Shown here: positions 38,563-50,889 of the stretch, piece after piece
Position numbering within the stretch: the stretch's first letter is position 1
Layout: the number at the start of each line of letters is the position of its first letter
Source of the DNA: Dicyema japonicum
Lineage: Eukaryota; Animalia; Dicyemida
Direction of reading: 5' to 3'
Length of the DNA stretch: 64,000 bases
Assembly (NCBI GenBank): GCA_011109175.1
Contig: RDEW01000030.1
Location: 242,094-306,093, forward strand
The notes under the pieces: generated by a model
The model's input: only the letters and a program-made list of their open reading frames with translations
The model's database searches: none
Told to the model about the DNA's origin: nothing
Program-made: the position numbers and the translations under genes

Positions 38563-40499
38563 ATGGCCATTGATGGTTCACGCAAGGATAATGGAAACGA
38601 TTCAAATTATGGTATTAACCCCACATACGTGCTAAATATATAAACCTAACTTAACAATTTGTCTTTATTTAAAGGGATTCCTTCTAATTCTTCACGTTAT
38701 GATTACGTGCTAGAAGAATACGGGATTTCGTCCAAAGTAGCCGAGATTTTTCAACCATTTTACGACATTGGTTGGGAAACTGCATTAATTTAACCTAATA
38801 GGGAAACTCAAAAGAAACGATTTTGATGAAAGAGCGATAGACGCCTTGAAGAGTCTTAGCGTTCCAGACGCGATCGATATTGCGAATATTTTCTCAATGA
38901 ACAACCTCGAGATGATTGCCAATAAAAGTGCCCACCTTTGTCTGAACATCCGAGTGGTTCGCACGAGGCGGAAGAATTATCATTGTATTTGTACTCAGGA
39001 GATTTTCAAACCTGATGACGCAAGAATGAATGTCTATACTTATACGTTAATTACTAGGAGATATGCAGCAGATCGGGGTATCCCTATGAGAAGACATCAG
39101 GTCAGAGAAAGTATGGGCCTGCTCCGATGGTAACTCCTCCTTCAGCTAACGGACACGAGGTATGGAAAGTAATTACGATTAGATCTATGTCGGGTCCATC
39201 CCTTACTCAGTCTGTGAGGATCAATTGATCCCTATGATGGAGACTTGTGGGACCATATATGATCTGAGGATGATGGTGGAACCTGCGACTGGGAGGAATA
39301 AAGGATTCTGTTTCGTCACTTTTGTTGAGGATGACGCAGTGGAAAAGGCTGTACAGAAGGTTAGTACGGATAATGTGATCAAATTAGTTTAATGGACTGG
39401 AACTTGTGACTGGTATGAAAATTAGGGTTAATCCATCTATTCCGAACCTCAAATTGTTAGTGAGTAATTTGGTTTCCTCTAAAACCAAACAAGAGCTCAT
39501 CGAGGAGTTTAACAGGAATTTAGGTGTTTTTTCTTTTGACTTTATAGATGGGGTTGTGGATATAGAGGTCATGTCATTGACTTCATGTATTGTAACATTT
39601 GATCTCCACAGACATGCGTCGTCTGCGAAGAGAAAGTTGGCTTCAGCCAGAGTGCGAATATTTGATTTCCCGATTGTTGTGGAATGGTTCGTGCCAGAGG
39701 ACATGACGGATGATTTGGTGTGAATGTGTATGTTACCTAGTCACTATATATTCGTAATTACGATCCAAATTTGTCTGATTCTGAGTATATGTCCATATTC
39801 AGTAAATTTGGGGCAGTTGTCCGTTTGAACAGATACAGTGTGAATGTTCTATTTGTCCATTATTCCACAAAGAAGATTGCTGCAGACTCTCTTAAATATT
39901 TCAATAAACGAGTTAATCTGATTTTAATCATTTTCTAGATTATCGGTGAAAGGGTCATAGAAGTGTCCCTGGCGAGGCCAACCAGAAAAGATAAGCGTGA
40001 CCAGAACTATAAGTATTGCCTGTCTTATTCCTAGTCCTCCTGTCATTATGGATAACTATGCTCATTATTATCCTCAATTTGACCCTGTATACGCTTTTGG
40101 TTGCTTTTTTTAGTAACAATAGGTCCTCCGTGCTATTATGTTTACCCTGATGGGTCTTGTGAATATAATGGAGTACCTATAGCTGCTGGCCCATTTCCCT
40201 ATATTTCTTTAGACTATGCTGGAAATTCTTATTATAGTTTTTATAATTCTGAACAAACGGTATTCTTTTATGTTTATCTGTAGAGTAATGGACAGCATCA
40301 GATGATTGACTCGTCCCCTAGAACCAATGGTACTTCCAATGGAGTAAATGGAACTAATGGGGTTAGTGGGACTGAAGATAATGGATTAAATGGAACCGAA
40401 AATAACGGAATAAATGGAACCAACGGTAGTGTTAATGCTTATGTCGTGTTAGATGAATGCAACGGAAGTGGGTCATCCGTGAATAATTGTTCTATGTAA
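38563..40499 (+). CDS. SYNCRIP: hnRNP Q/R (SYNCRIP-like), acidic N-domain plus three RRMs; apparent 1-nt frameshift in RRM3
   Basis: DFDERAIDALK..NKSAHLC, SGQRKYGP, IYVGSIP..EDQLIP..GTIYDLRMM..TGRNKGFCFVTF, HRHASSAKRKL and IEVSLARP. Introns mostly 22-32 nt. Start codon tentative. Confidence 0.85.
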
Positions 40500-40613
40500 A
40501 TCTATATATTCGCTAGTCTCCTTAGTTAGTTTAGTTAGTAATAACTTTAGTTAATTTTAATAAACAAATCAACTCTTATTCTGTAATAGATAATTGTGTT
40601 AGTAATCATTTTG

Positions 40614-42627
40614 TCACTGATCTGTTTGATAAGTTTTTTCCTTCATCTCTTTTCGGAATCTTGGAAGGCTTGACTTGATTTCAGTTTGAGAGTTTTTCGA
40701 TGAATCTTGTGGGTTCTCGGGTTGTCTAATTTGTTTGGCAGAGTCACTAAGGACGCGTTGTGAGAAATTGAGGGTCGCGATCGTATCCAATATATTTTTT
40801 TCGTCTGATATTATGTGTGACATTAAAATTATTTGACTTCCCTCTATATTATCTACAATTGATATACTTAGAATGCTGTGAAGTGTTTGAGTGAGTTTTG
40901 AGTTTCTGTGAAGTGAATACCCGTAATTATTCTTAAGGGCGTAGAGGACTTCTTGTAGGCTTGTTAGAGATTTGTTTATAATCTGAGCTTCTTTTAAATG
41001 AATTCCGGCAGCCTTTGTTCTGGCAACTCGTTCAGAACTTGCCAAATCGACAAGATATATACTTCCTGCGTTATATCATAATAATAACCAAATCTTTGCT
41101 TGTTATCCTCCACTCGTATTTCATATATGCAGTGGGATCGAGATGAGGCATACGATGTTCTGAGAGTTGTCCGTCTTCCTGATGCCATGTTGAGATGCTG
41201 GATAAAGCAAGGAATTACTGTTTGGCTTCCTCAGATGATGAGATTTTGACACGATTAATGTCAGGGATCCAATAGTCATTTACATGATCTGTCTTTATTC
41301 TTAGTTTAGAATTGTTTTTTATGTTGAGCAAGTCACTAAATCATATTTAATGAAAACTTTAATTTTTCGTTATAAACTTCAATGGTCGCTAAATAACAGC
41401 ATTTGACCTTGAAATTAAGCAAATAATCAATAATCAGGTGAATGAGACCTGGATTTACTTCGTCCCCCTATAATTATCATTTTAGCATAAAACCTCAATA
41501 GTATACGTTTTGCCTGACGAACTTTGGCCATACGAAATTAGGCACGTTGAGTATCCATCAAAACACAGTTGGATCATTGGTTTTATTGTCTCAAAGACCT
41601 GTTTGTTTAATTAATTTTTACGTCGATTTGAGTGCACGTGGGACTAATGTAGCTATCGCAGTGGTACCTATAAGTCTTATTTTCCACAGTCCTTAGCGTT
41701 AGTTTGTTTCCACAATCAACGTGTATTCTACTTGGGTACATGGAGGGATATTCTCTACACCAAATCAGCACATTGCCTTATAAAGTAGTAAAATGAGTCT
41801 TACCATTTTCTTTGAAATTTTGGATGCATTTGTATTGAATCATGCTTTCGGCTAACCCATTCGTGGTACCAGATATGAGCTTCATTAGCTGGTCAATGAA
41901 ATATTCCTGCATTGTAATAAACAAATTCTTTAGATTTGTTTGATCCAATTTCAGTTGGTTGATCTTTGTTATCAGTGGTTTTATCATCTCACAAGAGCTA
42001 CAGCTTATGTCGCTCGTATCCGCACTTTGGCGAGAGATTCTCTATTTTTTGATAACCCGTCTCAATTTCGAGAGATTTCTGTAGGTTTTCGCAGTAATCG
42101 GCGTTTCTGCGCCAATTTCAGTAAAATTAAACCTTTCACTTTGATATGTTATGTCACATTTTGAAATATTTTCGTTGAAGCTTTGAACTTTATCCAATTC
42201 CATTTGAAGGTTATTGATGAGTTCGTTTTGATCGTTTTTTTCTTTGAGAAGCTGTTGACGAATTTGTTCGCTCTTAAATTAAGGCCTCTGATACTTTGTT
42301 GAGTTTTGCTTGAAGGTCAAAGTTCTTTTCCGTCAATGTCGTTACGAAAGATTCAAGAAATTCAATTTCGTTGTTTTTCTCACAATTAAGGCTTTCAATG
42401 ATATCATTTTGTTCCTCAATTTTTGCTTTTAATTTGTCTTCCTTGGAATTAGCGAATAACACAACATTTTCTGTCCTCGTTTTTCCTGTGAACGACAATT
42501 TTAAAAGTTGTCGTAATCTATTAAACTGGTTGTCTACATAATTACGACGGTTAATGTGAGATTCAGATAAGGTGGAAAATGAGTCTAATTCGTCAGAAGG
42601 GACCGATCCCTCATTAGAAGCAATCAT
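40614..42627 (-). CDS. Kinesin-14-like protein (N-terminal coiled coil, C-terminal motor) with degenerate catalytic motifs
   Basis: Coiled coil, then GNVLIWCREYP, FDGYSTCLISYGQSSSGKTYTIEG, EVYNE..DLL, SSRSH, YLVDLASSER, INKSLTSL, RNSKLT and TLNFSQRV. Short introns. Start uncertain. Confidence 0.85.
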
Positions 42628-42749
42628 TGTAATAAATGTCGATTCTATAATTAATACAGACGCATTAGCAACAATAGTTCGTAATAAATCGACAAATCAA
42701 TGTTAGCAACGGTTAATACATTAAAGTCGTTTTAATCAGCGAGATTATC

Positions 42750-43010
42750 TGCTCATTCGGGTCCCCAAAGTCGACTATTCCGCACGGAGGAAATTGAAAA
42801 GGTACTCAGCCCTCGGATCGCTTCCGCTTCGTTCCAGTCGCTTTTGGAACCTCTGTGGCGTTTGGATGAATTGGTAAATGAACCATCAATGAATAGTGGG
42901 GATGGATTCCAATGCTTCTCACAGGCTCCCATGAACTGAGATGGTTCTCTCAGTGCCTTGGAATCGCAATCGTCCGCGGCAATGCTTCTCGACAGCTAGA
43001 ACCTGATTAG
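42750..43010 (+). mobile_element. CRE 3' fragment
   Basis: KRYSALG, RFRFVPVAF and ELRWFSQCLGIAIVRGNAS. Confidence 0.65.
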
Positions 43011-43254
43011 TTTCCTTTGTTTAATTAAATGTAGGAATTTAAAAAAAGTTTAAAGCTTTTTCCATTCGAGGAGAAATCAATTCTATGGAGAAACCACGTT
43101 ATCGACTTTTTTCCAACTAACAACAGAAGTGCGGTAAATGCATTAAAAGGCAATGAAGTTTAAAAGGGAAAAATACAACCGGTTCATGTTCTGGGGGATA
43201 GTTGTTGTACAAACCATAAGCAGGAAGTCTATGTCTTTTCTCATAAGACTAGGA

Positions 43255-43345
43255 CGTCTAGCTACACTCATAAACCATGACTTCTACGAAACCTAGTGAC
43301 TCCTCCAGTTGATCTCTGTTGCTATCGTGAGGGGCAACTGCTTCA
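43255..43345 (+). mobile_element. CRE 3' fragment (same subfamily as 6953 and 29760)
   Basis: CTCCAGTTGATCTCTGTTGCTATCGTGAGGGGCAAC matches 30594-30628. Confidence 0.65.
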
Positions 43346-43544
43346 ATGCGTGAATCAATAATTATTTGAGAACAACAAAAGTAATTTTTATATAGAAAGA
43401 TGAATGGCCAGGTTGTTTCCTGTGACAATAGCTACCGAGATATTCTCGAAGCCATCCAGTCTCATGTAGATCCTTGGTGACCATTTGGATCATTGAACCA
43501 ATTCGACAAGCTAGATCGCCCCCCTTGTGGCCAATGATATAATT

Positions 43545-46539
43545 TTTTTAAGCACTCCCGGGAAATCAAAAATTAATTCGATTAATTAAGTTCCCCTTGT
43601 GCCACGTCCAGTATCCTCCACACATCCTCTTCCATGTTCCCCTGTTCCGGGCCATTGCTCGTAGTGAGTCAAGATCTTCACCATTTCGAAGAGTTTTGTT
43701 TATTCGAATTAGGTCATTATTTAGTACTGAAGGCAACGTCACTCTAGGCCTGCCACGGAATGATCCCTTCAGTTGTGCGAAATAGTTCTCCATTGCAATG
43801 TTTGGTGGAGTCAACATATCCATTCGTAAGATGTGACCAAAAAGTCTCCACCTAGCCTTGAGAATCTCCTCTGATAATGGCCTTAAGCCACTTCTTTTGT
43901 ACAGTTCTGAATTTGATATCTTTTTCGGAAAATGTATTCTCAAGATGTTTCTTAGTTGATTTCTATGAAATTGATCCAGATTGTCCATTTCCCGTTTCGT
44001 AATCCCCCATGTCCCACAGTTGTATGTCAGGACTGGAACCACGAATGTTTTATACAATTTTAGCTTTGTATTCGTAGTTATGCTCTTCTTAGAACGCCAG
44101 ATAGTTAAGAATTTTTTATATGCAGCAGTGGAAAGGATTTTTCTGTGGGTAACATCTTCTGAGTCTCCAAGTAGTGAACCAACTTTTTTATGCCTTCTCC
44201 ATGATTCATCGTAAGTGCGTACAACTCGTACAAGTTTTGTATATTCAGTTTTGTCTTGGTTGACAACTAAGAACCATTTAAAAAGACATTTGGTAAGTTC
44301 TTGAGAACGTGATGAAGAATTTCAACATCTTCAGAAACAAAGTCAAAGATCGTCTGCATATATTAACTCGATTATTTTGTTTTGTTCTCAATTAAAGGCC
44401 TGAAATCTCTCAGTGCAGCCTCCAGGTAGATTATGAATAGAACTGGTGACAAAGAGTCTCCTTGCGGAATTCCACGTGAAGTATAAAAGAATTCTGAAGT
44501 AGTTTTTCCGAGTTTGGTTGCTAGTTGCGTATTCTGCAGTAGTTTTTGTATAATTTTGACATCATCCGTTGTTAGGAAGCTTGTGAGTACTTCAAGAAGT
44601 TTGCCTCTATGAACCGAGTCAAACGCTCTGGACATGTCTATTCCGAGAACATCTATGCACTTTTTATATTTTTGGCATAGAGCACTTGACCATCTGTGTG
44701 TCCAAATGACATCGGCAGTGGATCTGCCTGACCGGAAACCACTTTGTCCTGGTGACAGAAAATACTCCACCTTGTCTTTGATTCTTTCCAATGTAATGAT
44801 TGACAAGATTTTTCGCAGCGTAGTTAGTAGGATGATTGGTCTTAGGTTGGAAAGGGGCCCTTTGGGTTTTCCCGGTTTTTGCAGTGGAATTAACCAACCC
44901 TTGCCAATGTCTAACGTAGTGTTTTCTTCAAATATTTTGTTGAGTATATTGGTAATGATTGTTACCAACTTCACTGGGGCATACTTTATAAGTTCGGCTG
45001 GGATATTCTCTGGTCCTGCCGATCTGTCATTTTTCAATTTTTTAATTGCATCCAGTGTTTCTTGTGTGTTTATTGGGATGTCCAAACCATGGTTGACTTG
45101 TGCACCAAATTTATAGCCTATTTCGTTGTCCCAGTTGAGCATATGATAGTAATAAGCAGATATAGTAGCTGCTTTGTCCTTTTCATCGATAATTATTCTG
45201 CCAAGGATGTCATTGATTATTATGGGGCTTGCACTCTTTTTCTTATTAATTAATTGAATAGCTTTGAACATTTTCACTCCATCTTTATATTTTTCAATGT
45301 CTTCAATTTGTTTTTCTATTTCTTTAGCCGTTAGGGATTTCTGAGTTTGCTTGATTTTTAATAATGTTCGGTTTCGTTGTTGCCGAAGTTCCTTGGCCTT
45401 TTCTGGAGACCTTGAGTTTTCTATCTTCAATCTCAAGGCTTTCTGGTTTTCTGATAGGACGCAAATATCATGATTGTAAAATTTACGGGGTTTTGTAATA
45501 CTTCCCAACACATCACATGCTGTACCTTTTATCGACTTTGTCCCAAATAATATGAACAGGTTTAGTTTCGTCGATATCATTAAGTTCAAGATTTAGTTGA
45601 TACGCATATTTCTGTTGAGTTGACTTGTCATGTAATAATTGGATATCATATTGCTCCTGCTTTTTATTGGAAGGTGTTTTCATTTGGTTATGGACTTTGT
45701 ATAGTCCAATGCGAGTAACCACAATTTTATGATCACTATTGTCTCTAATCCTCCATATGACCTGGAGTCTACGAGGAGATGTTTGTGACCTCGTCTGCAT
45801 AGTATGTAGTCAATTTGATTATATATTTTTATGTAATTTCCTTGCAAATCCTTCCTAGTTCCAGTCCACGTCGTCTTGTGTCTCGCTGGGTGACGGAATG
45901 CCGTATTGCACAAAAACAGATCCAAGGAAGTGCAAAAGTGGATTAATGCCATTCCGGGCGTGTTTCGCCGATTTCTTCCATGAGATCCGATACAAGTTTC
46001 TCCAGATCTGGCTTTTCCTGCTTTGGCATTCCAGTCCCCGGCAATTAAGCAAAAATATGAAGAACTGAGGGTGTTGTAAACCCTTATGAGGGCGGAGTAG
46101 AATTCGTCTAGTTCTTCTGGATTGGCAGATGCCCTGATTCCAGTCGGGGCGTATATGTTGATGATTGTCACTGTAGAGTTTGGTTTGCTTCCCCACCGGA
46201 TTTGCAGTACCGCAATCCTGTCTGTAACGACCCACATCCGAGATATACGACTATACAATGTGTGATGAATAGCAAATCCAAGTCCATAGTGACGACACGT
46301 TGTTGGAAGGGTAATCAAATGATAATTTCCCACCCGCATGCATGTGTTGTCAGTTATTTTTGTTTCCTGTAGGCAGCATACTGATACCTTATAGTGATCC
46401 AAATCACGTGACAGCTGAAGCTTCTTGTATGTTGGATTGAGTCCTCTTACATTCAGGGTACCAACAGAAAAAGGGCAGTTAGATATTAGACGTGAGAAAG
46501 ACATATGTGCTATAGAGGGACTTCACCACCTCAACCAAA
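43545..46539 (-). mobile_element. Near-complete RTE non-LTR retrotransposon (APE endonuclease plus RT), poly(A) tail
   Basis: APE: GTLNVRGL, CLQETK, INIYAPT, AGDWNAK, NQIDYIL. RT: RSAGPENIP, LRPIILL, QSGFRSGRST, DMSRAFDSV, GIPQGDSLSP, YADD, RWRLFGHILR. Probable TSD GATATAATT at 43536-43544 and 46540-46548. Several 1-nt frameshifts. Confidence 0.95.
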
Positions 46540-46756
46540 GATATAATTAACTTGTACAAAAAATCAATTTAATGTATTTTGGATCAGAACAAGTTCCTAA
46601 GCAGGCGGTTTGCTGTGGATATATCTTCTTTTTCTTCTCTAATATTTCTTTACTATATGGGGCCAACAATATCGTGATAAACAAGGATTGTTTTGAAGGC
46701 CAAGTATGATAATCTGGTTTTTGCTGATTAAAAAAACCACAAAGTCATGTTTGTTA

Positions 46757-47066
46757 ATAATAATAACAGCCTTTTTCACGGAGCCGTGGTATTTATAGCT
46801 CCATATAAGCAGGACACACACTTTATTTAAGTAAAGAACAGTTAATTTTAACTAATCGTAAAACCAAGGAATGATCTTCACTTTTATTTTCTTGTGTGTG
46901 GGTCTTTTTTTGACTATCCAGTTCCGCAGTGAGAGTCCAATGATGACGGAGTCACTCGTCAAGCCTTTTTAGCATCGTAGATACGTGGAACCTTCCACCA
47001 GGTGAACAGCAGCGAGAATCGAACCCGTAACCTAAGTCACTTTACCCGACACCTAACCACTATGCC
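46757..47066 (-). mobile_element. tRNA-derived SINE, most complete copy
   Basis: A box AGGCATAGTGG (47057-47067) and B box GGTTCGATTCT (47015-47025), 31 nt apart. (TTA)n tail. TSD TCATGTTTGTTA at 46745-46756 and 47067-47078. Confidence 0.85.
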
Positions 47067-49179
47067 TCATGTTTGTTAGTAAAATAAATATTAAGAAATC
47101 CCAAGACCACCAGAAAATAATGTGTCAAAGTCAACTAATTAAGTGATCCCGGTTCTAGCAACATCCGGACTCTACTCTACTGGTACACCAGCGATCCCAC
47201 CGTCTTTCGAAAGTGTCTCTTGGAATTTACACAGAAAAACTTGAATGGGGCCTGATCGGGATTCCTCTGCATGGGTAACCCTCTCCCAAGTGGTTTCCTT
47301 GCATAAATGCAGTATGAGTAACAAATTAGCATAACGTCATGCTCAGTGTCAATTAGATGTGAAAAAGAACCATTTGACTTTCCCTGACCGTCTCTAAATG
47401 TCAACCAAATAAGAAGGAAAACATCGTGCTCAGAGCTCTTCTTTCAGAAAATCACGTTGATCTCACACTTATCCAGAAATCTGGGGTTTCATTGATCGTA
47501 CAACATCCACTTTTCTCCGACGACAGTGTGATTTGTAAAAACCTCTACCTCATTAATCTCACACCGATGGAGCAAGGAGGAACCCAAAATTTTAATTGGT
47601 GCGGAAATACTTGACACATGCTCTCCCACCTTTCTGGTAGTAAAAATCTACAAGCCAGAACATACCTTTGCTGAATCCCTCTTCTCAACAAAATTTTCTT
47701 CAATTCCAAGTCATGAACCTTTCAGTCATAAAATTTAACATTTGTCCAATATTTCCTGCTCAAGCATTGGTACCTGGTTTCTACGGGATGTCAATCAAGT
47801 GATATCCAGGAATCGTGATAGTTCAAGGTTTTTAAATCTTTGTCTCATTATCATATGATTCATATGCACTGCGCTGGTAAGGCTACCAGCTCCGTGGTCC
47901 GCTTCCTACGAGAGTGGTCATTAAACGCGGTAATCCCGGTTACTTCTGATTTATTAGAGCTGGTTATCCCCCTTTTTATGGAGTAGAAATTTAACATCCT
48001 TCTTTGTCTTCCTAACATCTTAATACCATTTTATCAAATAAACCTATACCAACTGGATTTACAGTCTCCAAAGACTTATGTCCACTTTTTATGAACTTGT
48101 GTATCTCCAAGGAAGTGGACAGTTAACTAGTAAAGAAGTCGACTGCACATCCTCACATTGGCCAAAGAAATATTGATCCCGTTGGATGATCCATTACATT
48201 ATTACCGGAGCTATTTGCTTAGGTGATTGATATACTGGGCAGAATCCTTAATTCTAAGTTTCTGAAGTTTTTATTTAATAGGGGGATCCTATATGTTCAC
48301 TCATTGCACTAATCATCAACGCGTACTGACCGATGATACCCCAAGTTCTTTAAATTATGGACGGATTCGTATCCAGATCCTGCCTTCATCCATCACTTAA
48401 TTTGTTCAGAAATTTAGGTTTTTCGACCACCTGACCCCGGAAAGGAACCTCCAAAAGATTGGATGGTCTCCCAGAGATAGATTATGTAAACCTTTCGAGA
48501 CAGGATAAGTAAAGAAGGATGAAGTCGTGCTACTTGATCGGGTTTCACACCCTTTGCTATAACCATGACGTAGCGAAGGTGCATAGTCAACGGTCTATTG
48601 GCTTAAGGTTGCATTCAAATAAAATTGTTTTGGAAAAGACCCATTCCTAGTTACCTCTGAAAGTGAGCTAATGCTCTCTCAGTTCTTTACCACTTTAAAG
48701 AAGTTGGCATTCTGTTTTCATAGATGGGAGATTCTGCAAGTGATTAAAACAAATAAATTGCATTTGGCGACGATAGCAGGATTTCAGCCTTCTAAATATG
48801 GAGTTGACAGAAGAGTCTCAATATTGGATCTCTCAGGAGGATTCACAAACGGATGTATCATTTAAGCGTATTGGAGAGCAGAATGTTGACGTGGAAGCCT
48901 ATAGTGGATTACTATAGAGAGAAATAGGTGGTCACATGAGCGAAGCACTATATTGTCTTGTACAAGACAGAAATTTATTTTTTGGGGGATCACTGTAGGA
49001 AAAAAGGACTTTTGATGATCATTTTGCCACTGATTATGCTCAGAAGTACATTGAAGTTGTGAGATATTACCACTTGCATTTTGTAAAAAATATGGAAAAT
49101 CAAGAAAGTTGAGGGAACATTAGATTCAGTCAATAATAAAAACCCAAAATGTGTGAAACAAAGATAAAGGAGTGAAACA

Positions 49180-49420
49180 AAGATTTTTTGCAGATATGAC
49201 CACCAATTTTCTCCACTCCACTCAGTTGTGTACTTTCTTATGGAGAGCTTTAGATCTTCCGGGGTTAACAATGTCATTTTTATCCCCGATAGATCAGCGT
49301 TGAGGACAGTCGGTGAGGTCATTCTTGGTCTGCCACGATATTTCCCAGTAATGGAAGTAATTTACCATCACGTAGTTGATAGCCATTCCAAACGTAAAAT
49401 ATGCCGAGGTTCCATCGATT
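49180..49420 (-). mobile_element. RTE 3' fragment (diverged)
   Basis: HILRL and GKYRGRPRMTSPTVLNADL..EDL. Confidence 0.55.
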
Positions 49421-49886
49421 TTCGATAATTATTTTTTTATTGTTACAATAAAATGAACAAAATGGTCATACAGCTGCCACACTGAGAGCGTGGCTATTTC
49501 CTCTCAGGATGGCGAGTGAGATTCGTTGAAGTAACCAGCAACGCTCAAGGAGATCTCCTGTTCGTGGAGAAATTCGATTCCCTAGACGCGTCGCAAGAAA
49601 ACCTCTCTAGGTGGGGTTGTAAAATTGGAATTATGAACGCACTCACATGGCAACTGACTCTAATACCAGACGAGAATGCCTTAATCTGCTCTATATTACT
49701 TGTCATTCATGATACAAATCAATTGCAGCGCAAACGTCATATTTAGTGCATAACATGATTCATTCGCCATACTGAAGGAATTCATGTTATAATTTGCGTT
49801 GTCGAACTGAGGATCGCCAATGACCAGTAAAACAAGTTTTTCTTGACGCCTTATCCTTCCTTTAAGTTCACTAACAAGAGCGGATC

Positions 49887-50622
49887 TAAATGGTTCTTAA
49901 TTGTCAACCAAGACAAAGCTGAATATACAAAACTTGTACGAGTTGTACGCACTTACGATGAATCATGGAGAAAGCATAAATAGTTGGTTCACTACTTGGA
50001 GACTCAAAGATGTTACCCACAGAAAAATCCTTTCCACTGCTGCATATAAAAAATTCTTAACTATCTGGCGTTCTGAGAAGAGCATAACTACGAATACAAA
50101 GCTAAAATTGTATAGAACATTCGTGGTTCCAGTCCTGACATACAGCTGTGGGACATGGGGGATTACGAAACGGGAAATGGACAATCTGGATCAATTTCAT
50201 AGAAATCAACTAAGAAACATCTTGAGAATACATTTCCCGAAAAAGATATCAAATTCAGAACTGTACAAAAGATGTGGCTTAAGGCCATTATCAGAGGAGA
50301 TTCTCAAGGCTAGGTGGAGACTTTTTGGTCACATCTTACGAATGGATATGTTGACTTCACCAAACATTGCAATGGAGAACTGTTTCGCACAACTGAAGGG
50401 ATCATTCCGTGGCAGGTTTAGAGTGACGTTGCCTTCAGTACTAAATGATGACCTAATCCGAATAAACAAAACTCTACGAAATGGTGAAGATCTTGACTCA
50501 TTACGAGCAATGGCCCGGAACAGGGGAACATGGAAGAGGATGTGTGGGAGGATACTGGACGTGGCACAAGGGGAACTTAATTAATCTAATTAATTTTTGA
50601 TTTCCCGGGAGTGCTTAAAAAA
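49887..50622 (+). mobile_element. 5'-truncated young RTE copy, near-identical to 43545-44285, opposite orientation
   Basis: Near-identical 3' ORF and UTR, poly(A), and a perfect 14-bp TSD AACAAGAGCGGATC at 49873-49886 and 50623-50636. Confidence 0.95.
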
Positions 50623-50889
50623 AACAAGAGCGGATCCGGCTTCCTCGACTGTGCAACGAGCAGTCAGACCACTGTTATCGGTCCACGTTCTGCACACTTC
50701 TGAAAGAACGACACAATTTCTGGTCAAAAGTGGGAAAACTGGAGTATCATATAAGGTACATTGCTTCCGTCATAAGAAATGTACGGAGTCACTTATTAGT
50801 ATGCTTACTAAATTGAGCCATGGAACACTTAAAAAGTAAAAACGAGACCAATTAATGAATAAATTAAACCTAAATAATCACATTAAATG

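Noticed and set aside
50590-50615. Sm-site-like AATTTTTGA plus a small hairpin in the RTE 3' UTR (possible snRNA/SL RNA capture)
   Set aside because: Short motif expected by chance in AT-rich DNA; no snRNA or SL donor context.
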